From: Clostridia bacterium | Lineage (GTDB): Bacteria > Bacillota > Clostridia > TANB77 > CAG-508 | Length of the DNA stretch: 64,000 nt | Reading direction: 5' to 3' | Assembly (NCBI GenBank): GCA_017429505.1 | Contig: JAFROW010000002.1 | Span: 18,609-82,608, forward strand | Part shown: positions 50,916 through 61,085 of the stretch, in pieces | Layout of the letters: each line of letters begins with the position of its first letter | Numbering within the stretch: the stretch's first letter is position 1 | Notes under the pieces: model-generated | The model's database searches: none | Told to the model about the DNA's origin: nothing | What the model saw: the letters and a program-made list of their open reading frames with translations, nothing else | Program-made: the position numbers and the translations under genes

Positions 50916-51259
50916 ACTATTTTATCTCCCATTTTTTGTCCTGCTAACAAATGATAGTGTAAATGCATAACTTCTTGTCCTGCATCTTTTCCGCAATTTA
51001 CTATTACTCTAAATCCATCTTCTTTAAAATTTTCTTGCTCTGCAATCTTATTCATTGCTTCGTGAATTTTCCAAACATATTCTTTATCTTCATTTTCTAA
51101 ACCAGCTAAAGAATCGATGTGTTTTTTTGGTATAACTAATATATGAATTGGAGCTGCAGGATTTATATCTCTAAAAGCAAGTACAAATTCATCTTCATAT
51201 ACTTTTTCTGAAGGTATTTCACCTTTTATTATTTTACAAAATAAACAATCATCTTTCAC
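50912..51259 (-). CDS. HIT-family (histidine triad) protein.
   Basis: CLFCKI and the HLHYHLL histidine triad. Confidence 0.85.
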   Translation of the reverse strand: MKDDCLFCKIIKGEIPSEKVYEDEFVLAFRDINPAAPIHILVIPKKHIDSLAGLENEDKEYVWKIHEAMNKIAEQENFKEDGFRVIVNCGKDAGQEVMHLHYHLLAGQKMGDKIV

Positions 51260-51375
51260 TTTAACAATCCTTCCTTTCTCGCTTCTCTAAAAAGCATAAA
51301 TAGTTATGAAAAAACTCTTTTAAACTAACTTTTCTCTTCTTTTTTTATTATTTTCAAAAAAAGAACCGACACCAA

Positions 51376-53124
51376 TTATTCAAGTATAGCTTTTATTCTT
51401 CTTACCCCAGATGAGCTTGATTCTTCCTTCTTTATTCTAAAATGTCCTAGTTCTGAAGTATTACTTACATGAGGTCCTCCACATAGTTCAAGTGAAACAT
51501 CACCTATTTTGTAAACAGAAACTATATCTCCATATTTTTCAATAAACATAGCTTCTGCGCCTTGCGAAATTGCTTCATCTTTTTTCATTTCAAAATGTTC
51601 TACTGGAATTGCATCTTCAATCCATTTATTTACTAAATCCTCTGTAGCCTTTTTTTCTTCATCTGTCATCTTTGCATCATGTGAAAAATCGAATCTTAAT
51701 CTATCAGCTGTAATATTACTTCCTCTTTGATGAACATGGCTTCCTAAAACTTGCTTTAATGCAGCATTTAAAAGGTGTGTTGCTGTATGATATTTTGTTT
51801 CCATTTCTCCAGTGCTTGCTAGACCACCTTTAAATTTTTGTTCTGAACCTGCTCTAGATTTTTCTTGGTGTTCTTTAAATAATGCTTTAAATCCTTCCAT
51901 ATCTATTGTCATATTATTTTCTTTTGCTAGGTCGCTAGTTACTTCTGGTGGGAAACCATAAGTATCGTATAGTCTAAATACTACTTTTCCTTCTATTTTA
52001 TCTTTACCTTGAGCTTTTAATTTATTTACTTCTTTTTCAAATTCTCTTTCTCCATGTGCAAGAGTCTTTACAAATTTATCTTTTTCTTCTAATAATACTT
52101 GCTTAATCTGTTCTCTATTTTTTTCTAAATCAGGATACATTTCTTTTAAAACATCAATATCTAAATCAATTAAATTTGAAAGCTCATTTAAGTCTATTTG
52201 TAATTTATTCATGTGTCTTATCATTCTTCTAATAAGTCTTCTTAAAACATATCCTCTATCTAAATTGCTAGGTCTACCACCATCACAAATTATCATCATT
52301 GATGAACGTAAATGTTCTGCGACAACTCTTCTACTATATATATCATCTACTTTTTGAAGGTCTTCTAATTTTTTCATTACATCTATAAAAATTTCTGTAT
52401 CATAAGGTGTTTCTTTGCCTTGAAGAAGCATATTTACTCTTTCAAGTCCCAAACCTGTATCAACATTCTTTTGACTTAAAGGTGTAACTGTTCCATCTTC
52501 ATGTTTGAAAAACTCCATAAATACATTGTTCCAAATTTCAACATATTTTCCACAGTCACAATCAGGATTACATTCTGGTGAACATTTTGGCTTTCCTGTA
52601 TCATAGAAAATTTCTGTATCACTTCCACATGGGCCTGTTTCTCCAGCTATCCACCAATTGTCTTTCAAGAAATATATTCTTTCTTTTGGTATTCCTGCTT
52701 TTTCCCAATATGAAGCAGATTCTTCATCTTTTCCAATTGTCTCGTTTCCTCCAAAACAGGTTACAGATAATTTATCTACTGGAATTTCTAAATCCTTTGT
52801 TAAGAACTCAAAACTCATTGCTATTGATTCTTCTTTAAAATAATCTCCAAGTGACCAATTTCCAAGCATTTCGAAATATGTTAAATGTCTATTATCTCCT
52901 ACTTCGTCTATATCAACAGTTCTAACACATTTTTGATAATCTGTAAGTCTTGTTCCTTCTGGATGTTTCTGTCCTAATAGATATGGCACTAATGGTTGCA
53001 TTCCTGCAGTATTAAATAATACTGATGGATCATTTTCTGGTATTAGCGGTGCTGATGGTATTACCTTGTGTCCATGTCTTTTGAAAAAATTTAAATATTT
53101 ATTTCTTAATTCTAATGCGTTCAT
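51376..53124 (-). CDS. Alanyl-tRNA synthetase-like protein, 582 aa. It has the catalytic core and the editing-domain motifs but lacks the C-terminal oligomerisation/C-Ala region.
   Basis: N-terminal AlaRS motifs (FLNFF..HGH..I.S.PL.P.NDP..LF..AGM; FEMLGNWS.GDYFK; GPCG.D.EIFYD). Editing-domain Zn motifs (HTATHLL, H.H...CGGPHV.NT...G.FRI...S...GVRRI). The protein ends right after that last motif. Confidence 0.75.
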   Translation of the reverse strand: MNALELRNKYLNFFKRHGHKVIPSAPLIPENDPSVLFNTAGMQPLVPYLLGQKHPEGTRLTDYQKCVRTVDIDEVGDNRHLTYFEMLGNWSLGDYFKEESIAMSFEFLTKDLEIPVDKLSVTCFGGNETIGKDEESASYWEKAGIPKERIYFLKDNWWIAGETGPCGSDTEIFYDTGKPKCSPECNPDCDCGKYVEIWNNVFMEFFKHEDGTVTPLSQKNVDTGLGLERVNMLLQGKETPYDTEIFIDVMKKLEDLQKVDDIYSRRVVAEHLRSSMMIICDGGRPSNLDRGYVLRRLIRRMIRHMNKLQIDLNELSNLIDLDIDVLKEMYPDLEKNREQIKQVLLEEKDKFVKTLAHGEREFEKEVNKLKAQGKDKIEGKVVFRLYDTYGFPPEVTSDLAKENNMTIDMEGFKALFKEHQEKSRAGSEQKFKGGLASTGEMETKYHTATHLLNAALKQVLGSHVHQRGSNITADRLRFDFSHDAKMTDEEKKATEDLVNKWIEDAIPVEHFEMKKDEAISQGAEAMFIEKYGDIVSVYKIGDVSLELCGGPHVSNTSELGHFRIKKEESSSSGVRRIKAILE

Positions 53125-53138
53125 TGTATACTTCCTTT

Positions 53139-54545
53139 CTATCTATTCTGAGGGTTTGTTACATCATCATTAACTTGATCTTCTATTTCATTCAAAATAT
53201 CATCTTGTGAAATTTTCCCATTCTTTCTAATAATTTCATTAAATAAATCACAAAATGCTTTTGCTGATAATTTAAACCTAGATTCTGCTGCAATTTCACT
53301 TATTTTCATTTCTTTTTCATTATATATTAAAACTGTGTCAGGTGTTATAACCATATCTTCTGTTGAATGGCTATACCCTGTTGTAAGGTCGCCATCCACT
53401 TTGTCTTTATTTAAATCATTACATCCTGCATTTATATGTTTTTGAACTTCATCATGCATTTTATCTATTTGATATTCACCTTTATTAGAATTAAATAAAG
53501 CTCTAACTTCAACATCTTTTTTCTGTGTTCCATCCCTTTCGTCTTGAACACTTTGCATCACATTTCCTTCATTTTCTTTGTCTATTTTTCCATAATATAT
53601 TTCAGGAATTCCATAAGGATCTTTTTGATTTATTGCAATTCTTTTATTACTATTTGGCACTTTGAAAATGCACTCTTCATTCTTAACCTCAACATTTTCT
53701 TTGTCATTTATTTCTACTACTTCTCTATTGGATCTTCTATCATATTCTAGCTTTGTTTTAGGTATTACCTCTAATGTTCCATCTTTTTTTCTTCCTACTA
53801 GACTAAATGGAGCAGGGATAACATTTCCTTTTTTTCCTTCTGAATTTTCTAGTTCAGCTAATTTATATGAGTGAACAACCAATACGCTTTCATACTCTTC
53901 TAATTCTAATTCTTTTCCAAGAGTATTTCCTTTTGTATCAATTGCCACATTTGTTTTTGCTGAATTCATTCCATTGCCTTTTATTCCTATTTTTTCTGCC
54001 TGTTCTTCTGATATTTTTGTTGATTCATCTTCACTATTTTCTTCTTGTTTTTCTTCTTGACTTTCTTTTTCTTTATCTTCTATTTTTTGTTCTAAATCAA
54101 TTTCAGATAAGCTTTCAATATCTTCTTCATCAATTCCAAGCTCTTTTACTATTTCTTTTAATTGTTCATCTCTTTTTTCAATTTCATCAAGGCATTGTCT
54201 TAAATCTAATAGTTCTGCGTCCCAAGCTTCCTTTTCTGGTCCTTCTTCACCATGATAACTAGTTGGGATTATATCTCCAAATCTTTTATCATTTATTACT
54301 GCCACCAATTTTGGCTCATTGTTTTCAAACTCATAGAAGAACTCTCTTCTTTCTGTTTGATTTTCTCCTACTGAATATTTTTCAACTACTCGAAATAACT
54401 CTTTTCCTGTATTTTCTCCTTCACCTAAAAACTCTACTTTGTTATATATCATAGCTCCAATATTTTTATTTTTTTCATATTTAGCTTTTCTTATTTGCTT
54501 TAAAGTATTAAGTTTTTCTTGTATATCGTTTTTCTTTTCAGCCAT
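53139..54545 (-). CDS. Highly acidic hypothetical protein (468 aa).
   Basis: The ORF ends 14 bp before the AlaRS-like gene and is Glu/Asp/Lys-rich. No motif was recognised. Confidence 0.5.
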   Translation of the reverse strand: MAEKKNDIQEKLNTLKQIRKAKYEKNKNIGAMIYNKVEFLGEGENTGKELFRVVEKYSVGENQTERREFFYEFENNEPKLVAVINDKRFGDIIPTSYHGEEGPEKEAWDAELLDLRQCLDEIEKRDEQLKEIVKELGIDEEDIESLSEIDLEQKIEDKEKESQEEKQEENSEDESTKISEEQAEKIGIKGNGMNSAKTNVAIDTKGNTLGKELELEEYESVLVVHSYKLAELENSEGKKGNVIPAPFSLVGRKKDGTLEVIPKTKLEYDRRSNREVVEINDKENVEVKNEECIFKVPNSNKRIAINQKDPYGIPEIYYGKIDKENEGNVMQSVQDERDGTQKKDVEVRALFNSNKGEYQIDKMHDEVQKHINAGCNDLNKDKVDGDLTTGYSHSTEDMVITPDTVLIYNEKEMKISEIAAESRFKLSAKAFCDLFNEIIRKNGKISQDDILNEIEDQVNDDVTNPQNR

Positions 54546-54563
54546 AATTCTAGCCTCCCTTAA

Positions 54564-54698
54564 TTACTTATTCTCATTCTCCTCTTCATCTTCTTCTATT
54601 GTCTCATATCCTTTTCCTGTTTTGCTTAAAATGTCATTTACAGATTTCATAATGTCATCCAAAGTTCCATCAAAATCGTCTTTATTGTATGTCAACAT
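54564..54698 (-). CDS. Small acidic 44-aa ORF (MLTYNKDDFDGTLDDIMKSVNDILSKTGKGYETIEEDEEENENK).
   Basis: Strong RBS GGAGGaaaaatt-ATG. It ends 18 bp upstream of the acidic-protein start, whose own RBS is GGGAGG. Confidence 0.35.
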   Translation of the reverse strand: MLTYNKDDFDGTLDDIMKSVNDILSKTGKGYETIEEDEEENENK

Positions 54699-54767
54699 AA
54701 TTTTTCCTCCTAATCATTTAAAATAAAAATTTTTAGCGCACAATAAAATTATACTCTCTAAATAACT

Positions 54768-55634
54768 CTACAAATCAAACAATCTATTTGCATTCTCATA
54801 AGTAATTTTAGCCATTTGTTCAGGCTCGATTCCTTTATATTCTGCCAATTTTTCCACAACATATTTTAGATTACTTGAATCATTTCTTGTTCCTCTTTTT
54901 GGTTCAGGAGATAGATATGGTGAATCTGTTTCTATTAAAATTCTGTCATTTGGTACCATATCTACAATTTCTTTCGCATTTTTAGAGCTCTTAAATGTTG
55001 AAGTTCCTCCAAAACCTATATATAATTCATTTTCTAGTGCGTGTTTTACAAGTTCTCTATTAAATGGACAGCAATGCAAAACTCCGCTTTGCTCTAATTT
55101 ATATTTTCTAATTATTGCAATCATGTCATCTATTGCATCTCTTGTATGAATTGAAACGGGAAGTTTTAATTCATTTGCAAGTTCTATTTGTTTTATAAAT
55201 GCCTTTTTTTGTGATTCTTTATTATCTTTTCTCCAATAATAATCAAGTCCAATTTCTCCTATTGCAACGACTTTTTTGCAATTAGTTGTTTTGTCGTTGA
55301 CTCTATTACTATTGGGCTTTTCATTATTTATTATTTCGTCATCTTTTTTTTGATTTTGAATTGCCAATTCCTTAATTTGATCAATAATATTCCACAATTC
55401 TTCTTCAGTTTGTGAAATATCTTCAGGGTGAAGTCCTACTGCTGCATATATAAAATCATGACTATTTGCTATTTCTATTGCCATTTTTGAGCTTTTTACA
55501 TCACATCCCATATTTATGCATTTTGTAACCCCTGCATTATATATTTTTTTTAAAACTTCTTCTCTATCACTTTTAAATTTCTCATCATCATAATGTGCGT
55601 GCGTATCAAAAAATTCCATATTTGCCTCTTTCAT
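54768..55634 (-). CDS. tatD: TatD-family metal-dependent DNase/hydrolase, with an insertion.
   Basis: FDTHAH, the GLHP motif and a C-terminal ETDSPYL. Confidence 0.85.
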   Translation of the reverse strand: MKEANMEFFDTHAHYDDEKFKSDREEVLKKIYNAGVTKCINMGCDVKSSKMAIEIANSHDFIYAAVGLHPEDISQTEEELWNIIDQIKELAIQNQKKDDEIINNEKPNSNRVNDKTTNCKKVVAIGEIGLDYYWRKDNKESQKKAFIKQIELANELKLPVSIHTRDAIDDMIAIIRKYKLEQSGVLHCCPFNRELVKHALENELYIGFGGTSTFKSSKNAKEIVDMVPNDRILIETDSPYLSPEPKRGTRNDSSNLKYVVEKLAEYKGIEPEQMAKITYENANRLFDL

Positions 55635-55796
55635 TTTTATCTTTTTTTGTTTGAGATTTTTAGTATATATTTTTAGTAATGCGCGTAAGCGACCAAACGA
55701 GTTAAGCGAGTGCGAATTGGAGCAACTTACATACTAGTATTTTAAAATCAGTAAGTTGCGACACACAAGTATTACAAAAAATATATACTAAAAATC

Positions 55797-56171
55797 TTAT
55801 TTATATAAAATAGTCACAACAGCCGTCGCATATTCTTTGCAATGAGATAGACTAATATCCATACTTTCTATATTTTTTGTATCTATTCCCAAAATATTTA
55901 TATGTGGCTTTCCATTTTCATCACAAATAACTTCACAATCTTTCCAACATAAATCATATTTGTCTTTTAGATTTTCTGATATTGCCTTAAAAATTGCTTC
56001 TTTAGCAGCAAAACGAGCTGCATAATGTTGATATTTTTGCTTTTTCTTGCTTTCACAATATGCAATCTCGTCTGCTGTATATATTTTATTTAAAAATTTT
56101 TCTCCAAGTTCATCTATACTTTTCTTTATTCTTGAAATTTCTATTATATCTGTTCCGCACTTTATTTTCAT
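55797..56171 (-). CDS. acpS: Holo-[acyl-carrier-protein] synthase.
   Basis: GTDIIEI..I, FAAKEA..KA and ISLSH motifs; about 124 aa. Confidence 0.85.
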   Translation of the reverse strand: MKIKCGTDIIEISRIKKSIDELGEKFLNKIYTADEIAYCESKKKQKYQHYAARFAAKEAIFKAISENLKDKYDLCWKDCEVICDENGKPHINILGIDTKNIESMDISLSHCKEYATAVVTILYK

Positions 56172-56174
56172 ATT

Positions 56175-57404
56175 TTATTTTAACCCCATCCAATTTAGTA
56201 TATTAAAAATCAAAGTAATAACTAAAACAATTGCAATAAATATAGACATTCTTTCAGTTTTTTCAATTTTTAATTCTCTATACAGTATATCATATTTATT
56301 TTTTATTTTACCATATTGTTCTTCTACCTCAAGTGCTTGTCTAATATTTTGGTATAAAAGACTACCAAAATCTTCTGATGTAATTTCTTGAATCCATATT
56401 TTCTTTGTAAATTCTATAAATTCTTTTCTTGTTTTTTCTATATTCTTTCCAATTTTAAAATCATAATCTAATTTTTTTAGATATACTTTTAAATATAAAG
56501 CTAAAATATATGTATACAAATACTGATTTTCATATTCTTTTGGTAAAACTGTATAGTTATTTATATCTACATCTGAACTAAACAAATTTACACCAAGCTT
56601 AGATACACCAATTTTTGAAAATTTGTTGAAAGAAAGTATTTTAGAATTTCCATTGTCTTCCATATCCATACCTTTATCATTAGGCAAGATATCTATATAT
56701 TTCAAAAATTCACCTTTTATACTTTCAAAAGTAGTATTAACATTCCAAGCAGACTGATCTATACATGTATATCCAAATGTATAAAATCTTTCTACATTTA
56801 AATCTATTTTAATAGAATCAAAATTAGGTCCTGTAATATCTATAATAAATTCTTTTATTTGCTGTATATCTTCAAAATAGTCTGCTTGCAACTTTATATT
56901 ATCATAATTTTTTAAGTTATTATATTCTTGGTTAATGTCTCTGAATTTATAATTAAAATTCAAAACATCTGCGAACTTGTCACTCTCTTCAATATTTGTT
57001 TTAAGATATAGAAAACATACTCCTGTATTAAAACAAACTACTCCTACTTTTTGAATTTTGAAAAAGATACTATTTTCGTCTATTGTTTTTCCTTGTAAGT
57101 CTTTTTTCAAATCATACTCAAATGTAATACAAGGCATATCAGCTATTATAGCACTTTTTGTATCGAATGGAAGTTCATCTAATTTTTCAAGTCTTTCTTT
57201 ATTTAAGTCAAATGTTTTAAATAAGAAATTCCTCATTCTTGGTAAAAAGTAACTATATAATTCTAAATCTTTTTGTTTTTCAAAAATTCTTAAATTAAAT
57301 TTTTCATCTTTTAATAATCTTGATATATATTTTCCATATCTACTTTTATTAATTAAAAATGTGTGTATAAAGTATGTATATTGGTATCTATTCTTTAGCT
57401 CCAT
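56175..57404 (-). CDS. Hypothetical protein with a single C-terminal TM helix.
   Basis: 409-aa ORF ending with a coiled segment and a hydrophobic C-terminal anchor. Confidence 0.45.
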   Translation of the reverse strand: MELKNRYQYTYFIHTFLINKSRYGKYISRLLKDEKFNLRIFEKQKDLELYSYFLPRMRNFLFKTFDLNKERLEKLDELPFDTKSAIIADMPCITFEYDLKKDLQGKTIDENSIFFKIQKVGVVCFNTGVCFLYLKTNIEESDKFADVLNFNYKFRDINQEYNNLKNYDNIKLQADYFEDIQQIKEFIIDITGPNFDSIKIDLNVERFYTFGYTCIDQSAWNVNTTFESIKGEFLKYIDILPNDKGMDMEDNGNSKILSFNKFSKIGVSKLGVNLFSSDVDINNYTVLPKEYENQYLYTYILALYLKVYLKKLDYDFKIGKNIEKTRKEFIEFTKKIWIQEITSEDFGSLLYQNIRQALEVEEQYGKIKNKYDILYRELKIEKTERMSIFIAIVLVITLIFNILNWMGLK

Positions 57405-57434
57405 ATTTTTACCTTCCTTTGTTTATTAAATTTT

Positions 57435-58949
57435 TTATTTTTCACAATAATAGTTCATATTTATATCTTGACCTAAATGCCATTTTCCAATAAAGTCTAT
57501 TACTAAGTAATTTTTCATTTTGTATTTTGGTGAAATTGTTTCTTTTCCTTCTCTATTTATTGCACCCCATAAACTATCTTTTTTTACCGCAGCAAATCCA
57601 TATTTATTTTGTTCTTGTGCTTCGTCATAAATATAGTCAACTACTACATTTCCATCTTTGTCTACAAATCCATATTTACCATCTTTTTTACTTACAAAAA
57701 GATTATTTGTATTTAAAACATCTTTTACAGCCTTTTCTTCAAATTTGAAATTATAATATTTGTATTCATCATCTACCTTTAATTTCATGTATCCACTGTC
57801 TTTGTTAATTTCTGAAATTATTCCAGATATTTTTACATTCAAATCACTATCTAAAATTTCTGAATTATATTTTTCGTCTTCAGCAACATAAAATCCTGCA
57901 CTTTGTTCATAATACAAATCTGAATATTTAAATTTTAATTTTTCTTTATTTTCTAAATCTACAATTCCATATTTGTTATCTTTTTTTGCTTTTAAAATTC
58001 CTACGTTTAATTCTTTTAGATCTTGATATTCAGGCTTAATTAAAACTTTTTTGTCATAATCCATAAATCCGTATTTTTTGTCTTTAACAAATACTACTCC
58101 ATCTGAATTTATTTGTTTAATTTTATCAAATCCATCGGTTATTAGTTTTTCACCTTTTGCATTAATAACTACTTGCTTTCCATTTTCTGATATAACAAAA
58201 TAATTTTCTCCATATATTGCATGAATTTTTTCATATTTATTTTCTAAAATTGTGCTTCCCGCATAACTTACAAGACCATATTTATTTTCTTGATCTATTG
58301 TTATATAACCTTTTGTGTAGTCTTCGTCAAATTTTTGAATTTTGCTATATTCTACATTTATTATTGTTGCACCACTTTTATTTACAAGTCCTACTTTTCC
58401 GTCTTTTGTAACTAAGATACTATTTTCAAGACCTTTTAATGTTTCTATTTTTTCATATTCTAAACTTAATATTTCTTTTCCATCAATATCTATTAAGCCA
58501 TATTTACCATCTTTTTGAACTTTTAAAATATCTTTTTCATACCATGCATTTCCACTTGTATTATAATTCTCTAATGGCTCTATTCTGTCATATTCTGTAT
58601 ATATTTCTTCATTTTTTCTATTTATTGCTTTTGTTTTATATTCTCCTGTTTCTTCATTTACATCATAAGTACATAAAAATACATCTTTTCTATTATTTAA
58701 AACAATTATCATCTCTTGATACATTGGCTCAATTACAGTATTTCCTGTTGAATCTATTATTCCCCATTTATCGTCTGTGTATAATGCATAGTAATCTTTT
58801 GCATTTTCTTCAATAGTTTCTTTTTGCTTTGTTAAAAGATTTTTTATTATTACTATACACATTATGATCACTGCTATTGCAATTATTACTGCAAATACTT
58901 TTGTGTAATTTAAGTGTTGATCTTCACTGTATCTTCTTCCTTTACTCAT
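57435..58949 (-). CDS. WG-repeat (KWG/Leptospira-type repeat) containing protein with an N-terminal TM anchor.
   Basis: Many repeats of the type KYG(L/F)(I/V)D..G..(I/V)(I/L)...Y. Confidence 0.7.
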   Translation of the reverse strand: MSKGRRYSEDQHLNYTKVFAVIIAIAVIIMCIVIIKNLLTKQKETIEENAKDYYALYTDDKWGIIDSTGNTVIEPMYQEMIIVLNNRKDVFLCTYDVNEETGEYKTKAINRKNEEIYTEYDRIEPLENYNTSGNAWYEKDILKVQKDGKYGLIDIDGKEILSLEYEKIETLKGLENSILVTKDGKVGLVNKSGATIINVEYSKIQKFDEDYTKGYITIDQENKYGLVSYAGSTILENKYEKIHAIYGENYFVISENGKQVVINAKGEKLITDGFDKIKQINSDGVVFVKDKKYGFMDYDKKVLIKPEYQDLKELNVGILKAKKDNKYGIVDLENKEKLKFKYSDLYYEQSAGFYVAEDEKYNSEILDSDLNVKISGIISEINKDSGYMKLKVDDEYKYYNFKFEEKAVKDVLNTNNLFVSKKDGKYGFVDKDGNVVVDYIYDEAQEQNKYGFAAVKKDSLWGAINREGKETISPKYKMKNYLVIDFIGKWHLGQDINMNYYCEK

Positions 58950-59272
58950 ACATTTGTCGAATTTTTTTTGCTACATTTATGTTGATTCTAGCATTATAAT
59001 TCGACTTGCCTCCTCCCAATATATTTTTATATATTTTTTTACATCTACATTGTACTATAAAATAGCAAAAATATCAAGCATTTTTGAAGTTTTTTGTAAG
59101 TTTTTTATTCGTAACTTTTTACAAATTTCGACATAATATATACTAAGCAATTAATTATTGCAATAAATTTTTTTAGAGGATTGTTGCTACAAATTAAAAT
59201 CAATTTTTCTCGCATTGTAGCATTATTGATTTATATTAAAGCCAATTTACCCTCAGGAAGGAAAAATTAACT

Positions 59273-59797
59273 ATGGAAAACAATAATTATAATTTTAAGC
59301 CAGAGCCTCATTGCCCTGTAATTGATATTGATGGAGTAATTGCAGATGGAAAACAATTCGACTTAGATATTACTTTACCAAAAGATAACAGAAATGTTAT
59401 TTTTGGCACAATTAGAAATGCATATAAAGAACCAATCGAAGATGCAGTTGTAAAATTAATTGAAATAAAATGTGGAAAAGACGGAAGAAAAGAAAGATTG
59501 CCTGTTTCTCATACATTTACAAATGAAGATGGAGAATTTGTTTTTGGTCCACTTTGTCCTGATAAAGAATATGCTATAGATTTTTGGGCTAATGAAGTTC
59601 GTCATTATAAAATACGTGCAAAAATAGAAAAAGATACAGATTGTTTAAGAGCTAGACCTTTTGAAATATGTGGTTGTAAACCTGACCATAAGTCAGATTA
59701 CAAGCCAGATTACAAACCAGACTGCAAGCCAGATATGAAGCCAGATTTTAGACCAGACTATAAAACTGAATGTAAACCCGAGCCAAGAAATGCATAA
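59273..59797 (+). CDS. Secreted or spore-surface candidate: a Cna-B / carboxypeptidase-regulatory-like beta domain followed by a C-terminal KPD(Y/C/M/F)KPD repeat tail.
   Basis: The segment NVIFGTIRNAYKEPIEDAVVKL...TNEDGEFVFGPL resembles CarbopepD_reg/Cna-B folds. The tail is CKPDHKSDYKPDYKPDCKPDMKPDFRPDYK. An upstream match to AC-N17-CATAATATA (59112..59145) resembles a sigma-K -35/-10. Confidence 0.5.
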   Translation: MENNNYNFKPEPHCPVIDIDGVIADGKQFDLDITLPKDNRNVIFGTIRNAYKEPIEDAVVKLIEIKCGKDGRKERLPVSHTFTNEDGEFVFGPLCPDKEYAIDFWANEVRHYKIRAKIEKDTDCLRARPFEICGCKPDHKSDYKPDYKPDCKPDMKPDFRPDYKTECKPEPRNA

Positions 59798-59845
59798 CTA
59801 GTAAAAAATCCATGCATCATAAAACGCATGGATTTTTCTCTTTTC

Positions 59846-60376
59846 TTAAATTCTTCTATAGCACCTTTGATTACCATAAGCTACAGGTCTGCTTACATAT
59901 TGGCGACCTGTTGCAACATTTGAATTAGATAGTGTTGCAGTTTCGTCAGTTAAATTGTTTGTATCATTTGCCATACATGTACTATCTATAGTAAGTAAAT
60001 CACTACTTCTATCAGAGTTTCCACAACTACAACTTATTCTTAGTAAATTGTTTTCAGCATTTTCGTTATTGTCATTATTATTTCCACAACCACATCTTCT
60101 ATTATTTTCAGCCTCTTCTCTTCTACAATGGCAAAATCTTCGTCTTAACCTGCAAATAATCATTACAATATATGCTGTTATATATGCAATAATTGTGTAA
60201 ATTATTGCTGCAATTATTGCTTCTGCAAGAGTATCTGAAAAAGCTACAAATGCAACGATTAAGTATATTGCAAAAAATGTAATTGCTACAAGTATTGGAG
60301 ACCTAAGTATTTTTTGAAACACTATAGCTAGCAATATTGTTGCAAGTGGTAATGCAAAAAATATAAATAAATTCAT
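59846..60376 (-). CDS. Membrane protein (three TM helices) with a Cys/Arg/Asn-rich cytoplasmic tail.
   Basis: CHCRREEAENNRRCGCGNNN...SCSCGN Cys cluster after the hydrophobic N-terminus. Confidence 0.45.
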   Translation of the reverse strand: MNLFIFFALPLATILLAIVFQKILRSPILVAITFFAIYLIVAFVAFSDTLAEAIIAAIIYTIIAYITAYIVMIICRLRRRFCHCRREEAENNRRCGCGNNNDNNENAENNLLRISCSCGNSDRSSDLLTIDSTCMANDTNNLTDETATLSNSNVATGRQYVSRPVAYGNQRCYRRI

Positions 60377-60445
60377 ATAAAAATACTCCTTCTATATTTA
60401 TTTTATTATATTTTATGCATTTTTTTAATGTTTGTTACATAACTA

Positions 60446-60727
60446 TTATTCACTAGATTCCTCAATATAGTTTTCTTCAATTGAATCATTAGACTTATTA
60501 TCATCTGTATCTTCATTTGCATCGTAAGGTGTACTTGTAGAAATAGCTTCTCCTATAGCATTGTTTTCTAGGCTATTTGATGATGTAACTTCTGTTTCTT
60601 TTAAATCTGAATTTATCAAACTACTCATAAAAAAAATTGTGACAATTGTCATTATAGATACAACATAAGCATAGATTTTTTCTTTATTTAAAACCAAAAA
60701 CATATTTTTCAAAACAAAAACCTCCAA
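60446..60727 (-). CDS. Small membrane-anchored acidic protein (93 aa), hypothetical.
   Basis: One TM helix followed by an S/T/D/E-rich tail. Confidence 0.35.
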   Translation of the reverse strand: MEVFVLKNMFLVLNKEKIYAYVVSIMTIVTIFFMSSLINSDLKETEVTSSNSLENNAIGEAISTSTPYDANEDTDDNKSNDSIEENYIEESSE

Positions 60728-60990
60728 ATTAATTCTATTATTAAAATCGCTTTGTTACAATTCATAGCCCAAATCTTTTTTATTTTTCCAATAAATTAAT
60801 GTTGACTCAAAACATAAATATTTTGATTCTGTATTTATAAAAATTATATAGCTATATATTATATTTTTCCAAAAAAATTTGTATAGCATTTTTTAGACTA
60901 AATCTGTTGCTTGAAACATACACAAATTATACTTATATTTCGCACAAAAACAAAAAATAAGCTCTTTTATTTATTTTTTTCTTCTCTTTT

Positions 60991-61085
60991 GACTAAAACT
61001 ATCGTGAAAATGCAATATAATAAATCCTCATGTTCCTATCAAAAATAGGGGTGTATAGAAATTTATTGTAAAAATATTATTATTA
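60991..61085 (+). repeat. Copy 2 of the ~95-nt intergenic repeat element.
   Basis: Aligns with 3946..4040 at roughly 80% identity over about 95 nt. Confidence 0.6.
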
